From Chiloscyllium plagiosum (lineage: Eukaryota), in NCBI RefSeq assembly GCF_004010195.1, contig NC_057718.1, positions 89,469,062 to 89,533,061 of the forward strand: DNA of 64,000 nucleotides, in the 5' to 3' direction. This document shows, piece by piece, positions 61,947 to 64,000 of this stretch. The notes beneath the pieces were generated by a model. It did not search any database. It saw only the letters and a list, made by a program, of their open reading frames with translations, and was not told where the DNA came from. The number at the start of each line of letters is the position of its first letter. Positions within the stretch are counted from its first letter, which is position 1. Both the position numbers and the translations under genes were made by a program.

Positions 61947-62470
61947 AATCCAACTTGTCCATACTGACCAGGTATCCTAACTAAACTAGTCCACTACAAT
62001 ACTCCACAACCACCTGATGAAGGAGCACTCTGAAAGCTAGTGCTTCCAATTAAACCTGTTGGACTTTAACCTGGTGTTGTGTGATTGTTAACTTTGTACA
62101 CCCCTGTCCAACACCAGCACCTCCAAATCATAAACTAGTCCCATTTGCCTACGTTTGGCCCATATCTCTCTAAACCTTCCCTATTCATGTACCTATTTTT
62201 TTAAACATTGTAATTGTACCAGCCCCCACCACTTCCTCTGGCAGCTCATTCCACACACACACCACCCTCTGTGTATAAATGTTGTTCTTCACGTCCCTTT
62301 TAAATCTTTCCCCTCTCACCTTCAACCTATGCCCTCTAGTTTTGGACTCCCCTATTCTGGGGAAAAGACCTTGGTTATTCACCCTATCCATGTCCCTGAT
62401 GATTTTATAGACCTCTATAAGGTCACCCCTCAGCCTCCAACCCTCCAGTGTGAAAAATCCCAGCTCGGCC
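61947..62470 (-). mobile_element. CR1 3' end
   Basis: ORF 62185..62529 RLRGDLIEVYKII...QRVVCVWNELP. Confidence 0.88.
61993..62130 (+). mobile_element. Penelope pLTR with hammerhead core inserted into a CR1 tail
   Basis: 11-bp TSD taaactagtcc (61982-61992, 62131-62141); cac-ctgatga-aggagcactct-gaaa-gcta-gtg. Confidence 0.8.
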
Positions 62471-62489
62471 ACACATACTAGACTGCCTA

Positions 62490-63038
62490 TGAGAATCATA
62501 GAATTACCTACTGTGTGGGTGCAGGCCATTCAGCCCATCAAATTCACACCAACCCTCCAAAGAGCAACTCACCCAGACCCACTCCCCTACCCTATCCCCT
62601 GCAACCCTGCATTTCCCATGGCCAATCCACCCTAACCTACACTTCCTGGGCATCATGGGCAACTTAGCATGATCAATCCACCTAACCCACACACCCCTGT
62701 GCACTATGGGCAATTTAGCATGGCCAATTCACCTAGCCTACACATCCCTAAGCACTATGGGCAATTTATCATGGCCAACCCACCTAACCTACACATCCCT
62801 GGACACCAATGGCAATTTAGCATGGCCAATCCACCTGATCTGCACATCTTTGGAGTGTAGGAGGACACTGGAGCACCCGGAGGAAATCCATGCAGACATG
62901 GGGAGAATATGCAAACTCCAGACAGTTGTCTGAGGGCGGGATCGGAATATGCAAACTCCAGACAGTTGTCTGAGGGCGGGATCGAACCCGGGTCCCTGGT
63001 GCTGTGAGGTAGCAGTGCTGACCACTGAGCCATCGTGG
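62490..63038 (-). mobile_element. HE1-type SINE with expanded internal tandem repeats
   Basis: repeated gggcaatttagcatggccaa units and a duplicated gaatatgcaaactccagacagttgtctgagggcgggatcg. Confidence 0.88.
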
Positions 63039-63808
63039 TGGTGCTGATGAGCTGCTCCTTTGAATAATATATGGTGTTCATTACACAGAAGGTTGTGAAG
63101 GCCGAGTCACTCAAGGAAGAATTTGATCAATTTTTAGATACTAAAGGCATCATGGGATATGAAGAGAAAGTGGAAATATGGCGATGAGATAGAGGATCAG
63201 CCACGATAATTCGGGTTGGCAGGGCAGGCTCAAAGGACTGAACAGCCTACTCCTGCTCTGATTTTTGATGTTTCAAACATTCTATCACTGCAGTCTATCT
63301 TACATTGGTACATTCACAGTACTGATTGGAAAGGTACTCCAGGATTTTGACCCAGCAGCAATGAAGGAACAGCGATATATGTCTAAGTCAGGGATGGTGT
63401 GTTGCTTGGAGGGGAACTTGCTGGTGGTGGTACTCCCATGTATCTGTTATTGTTGTCATCCTGGATGGTACACGTCATGGGTTTGGTGGGTGATGTAAAT
63501 GGTATTTGTGACTCCAGTCAGACACCAATGTGCTTGACTCTTAACTGCCCTGTGCAGTGGGCATTAACTGAAACATTATTTTCTGAAGGGAAATAAGGCT
63601 TGCACAACAAATGAATTGGTTTGCCAGCAATGCCCTCATTTTGAGGCTGAGTCAAGAGATGTGAGTTGACTCACATGCACACAGATCAGGCAGCACCGGG
63701 TAAGAAAACAAACCGAAAAAGACAGAGTGGGGGAGCGTCAGTATTTTCAGTTCCTTGAGCAGCTCTGCCCAAGAAAGCTCCCGTTTGAAGAGGTGCAGGG
63801 GTAAATCT

Positions 63809-64000
63809 GGATCTGGTTACCCACATCCATACCACACCAGGATCTGGTTACCCATGTCCATACCTCACCAGGATCTGGTTACCCATGTCCATACCACAGC
63901 AAGATATGGTTACCCATGTCCATACCACAGCAGGATAAGGTTACCCATGTCCATATCACACCAGGACCTGGTTACCTGTATCTCTACCACACCAGGATCT
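63809..64000. repeat. 31-bp minisatellite running off the window end
   Basis: unit ggatctggttacccatgtccataccacacca, about 6 copies. Confidence 0.9.

Noticed and set aside
63809..64000. 31-bp repeats superficially like a CRISPR array
   Set aside because: Head-to-tail units with no unique spacers, no cas genes, vertebrate intron: a minisatellite.

Overview
Vertebrate genomic DNA, almost certainly from a shark (cartilaginous fish), judged from HE1-type V-SINEs, HER1/CR1 LINE 3' ends, Deu-domain SINEs and shark-type Penelope repeats. The whole window lies inside one minus-strand gene, SYNE1 (nesprin-1 giant), in the central spectrin-repeat rod. I traced 25 consecutive GT-AG exons (labelled A-Y in transcript order, 61706 down to 425). 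They total 4784 nt, join phase-consistently into one open frame of about 1594 codons, and follow the human nesprin-1 sequence as I recall it (approximately residues 2700-4300). Neither start nor stop codon is in the window. Introns are packed with SINEs, CR1/Rex1/Tx1 LINE fragments, Penelope-like elements with minimal hammerhead ribozyme motifs, Tigger/pogo MITEs and tandem repeats; there is one 410-N gap. Repeat boundaries are approximate and family names are from memory. Most unusual: (1) an inverted intronic copy of exon O plus its downstream intron, 15 kb away, with a perfect 160-bp core across the splice donor, bracketing an in-frame 7-exon cassette; (2) a 59-bp copy of a real splice acceptor, ending exactly at the AG, pasted into a nearby SINE; (3) hammerhead-bearing Penelope hairpins whose intact cores are all antisense to SYNE1; (4) a MITE resembling mammalian MER44/Tigger7. 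Assembly artefact is not excluded for (1) and (2).
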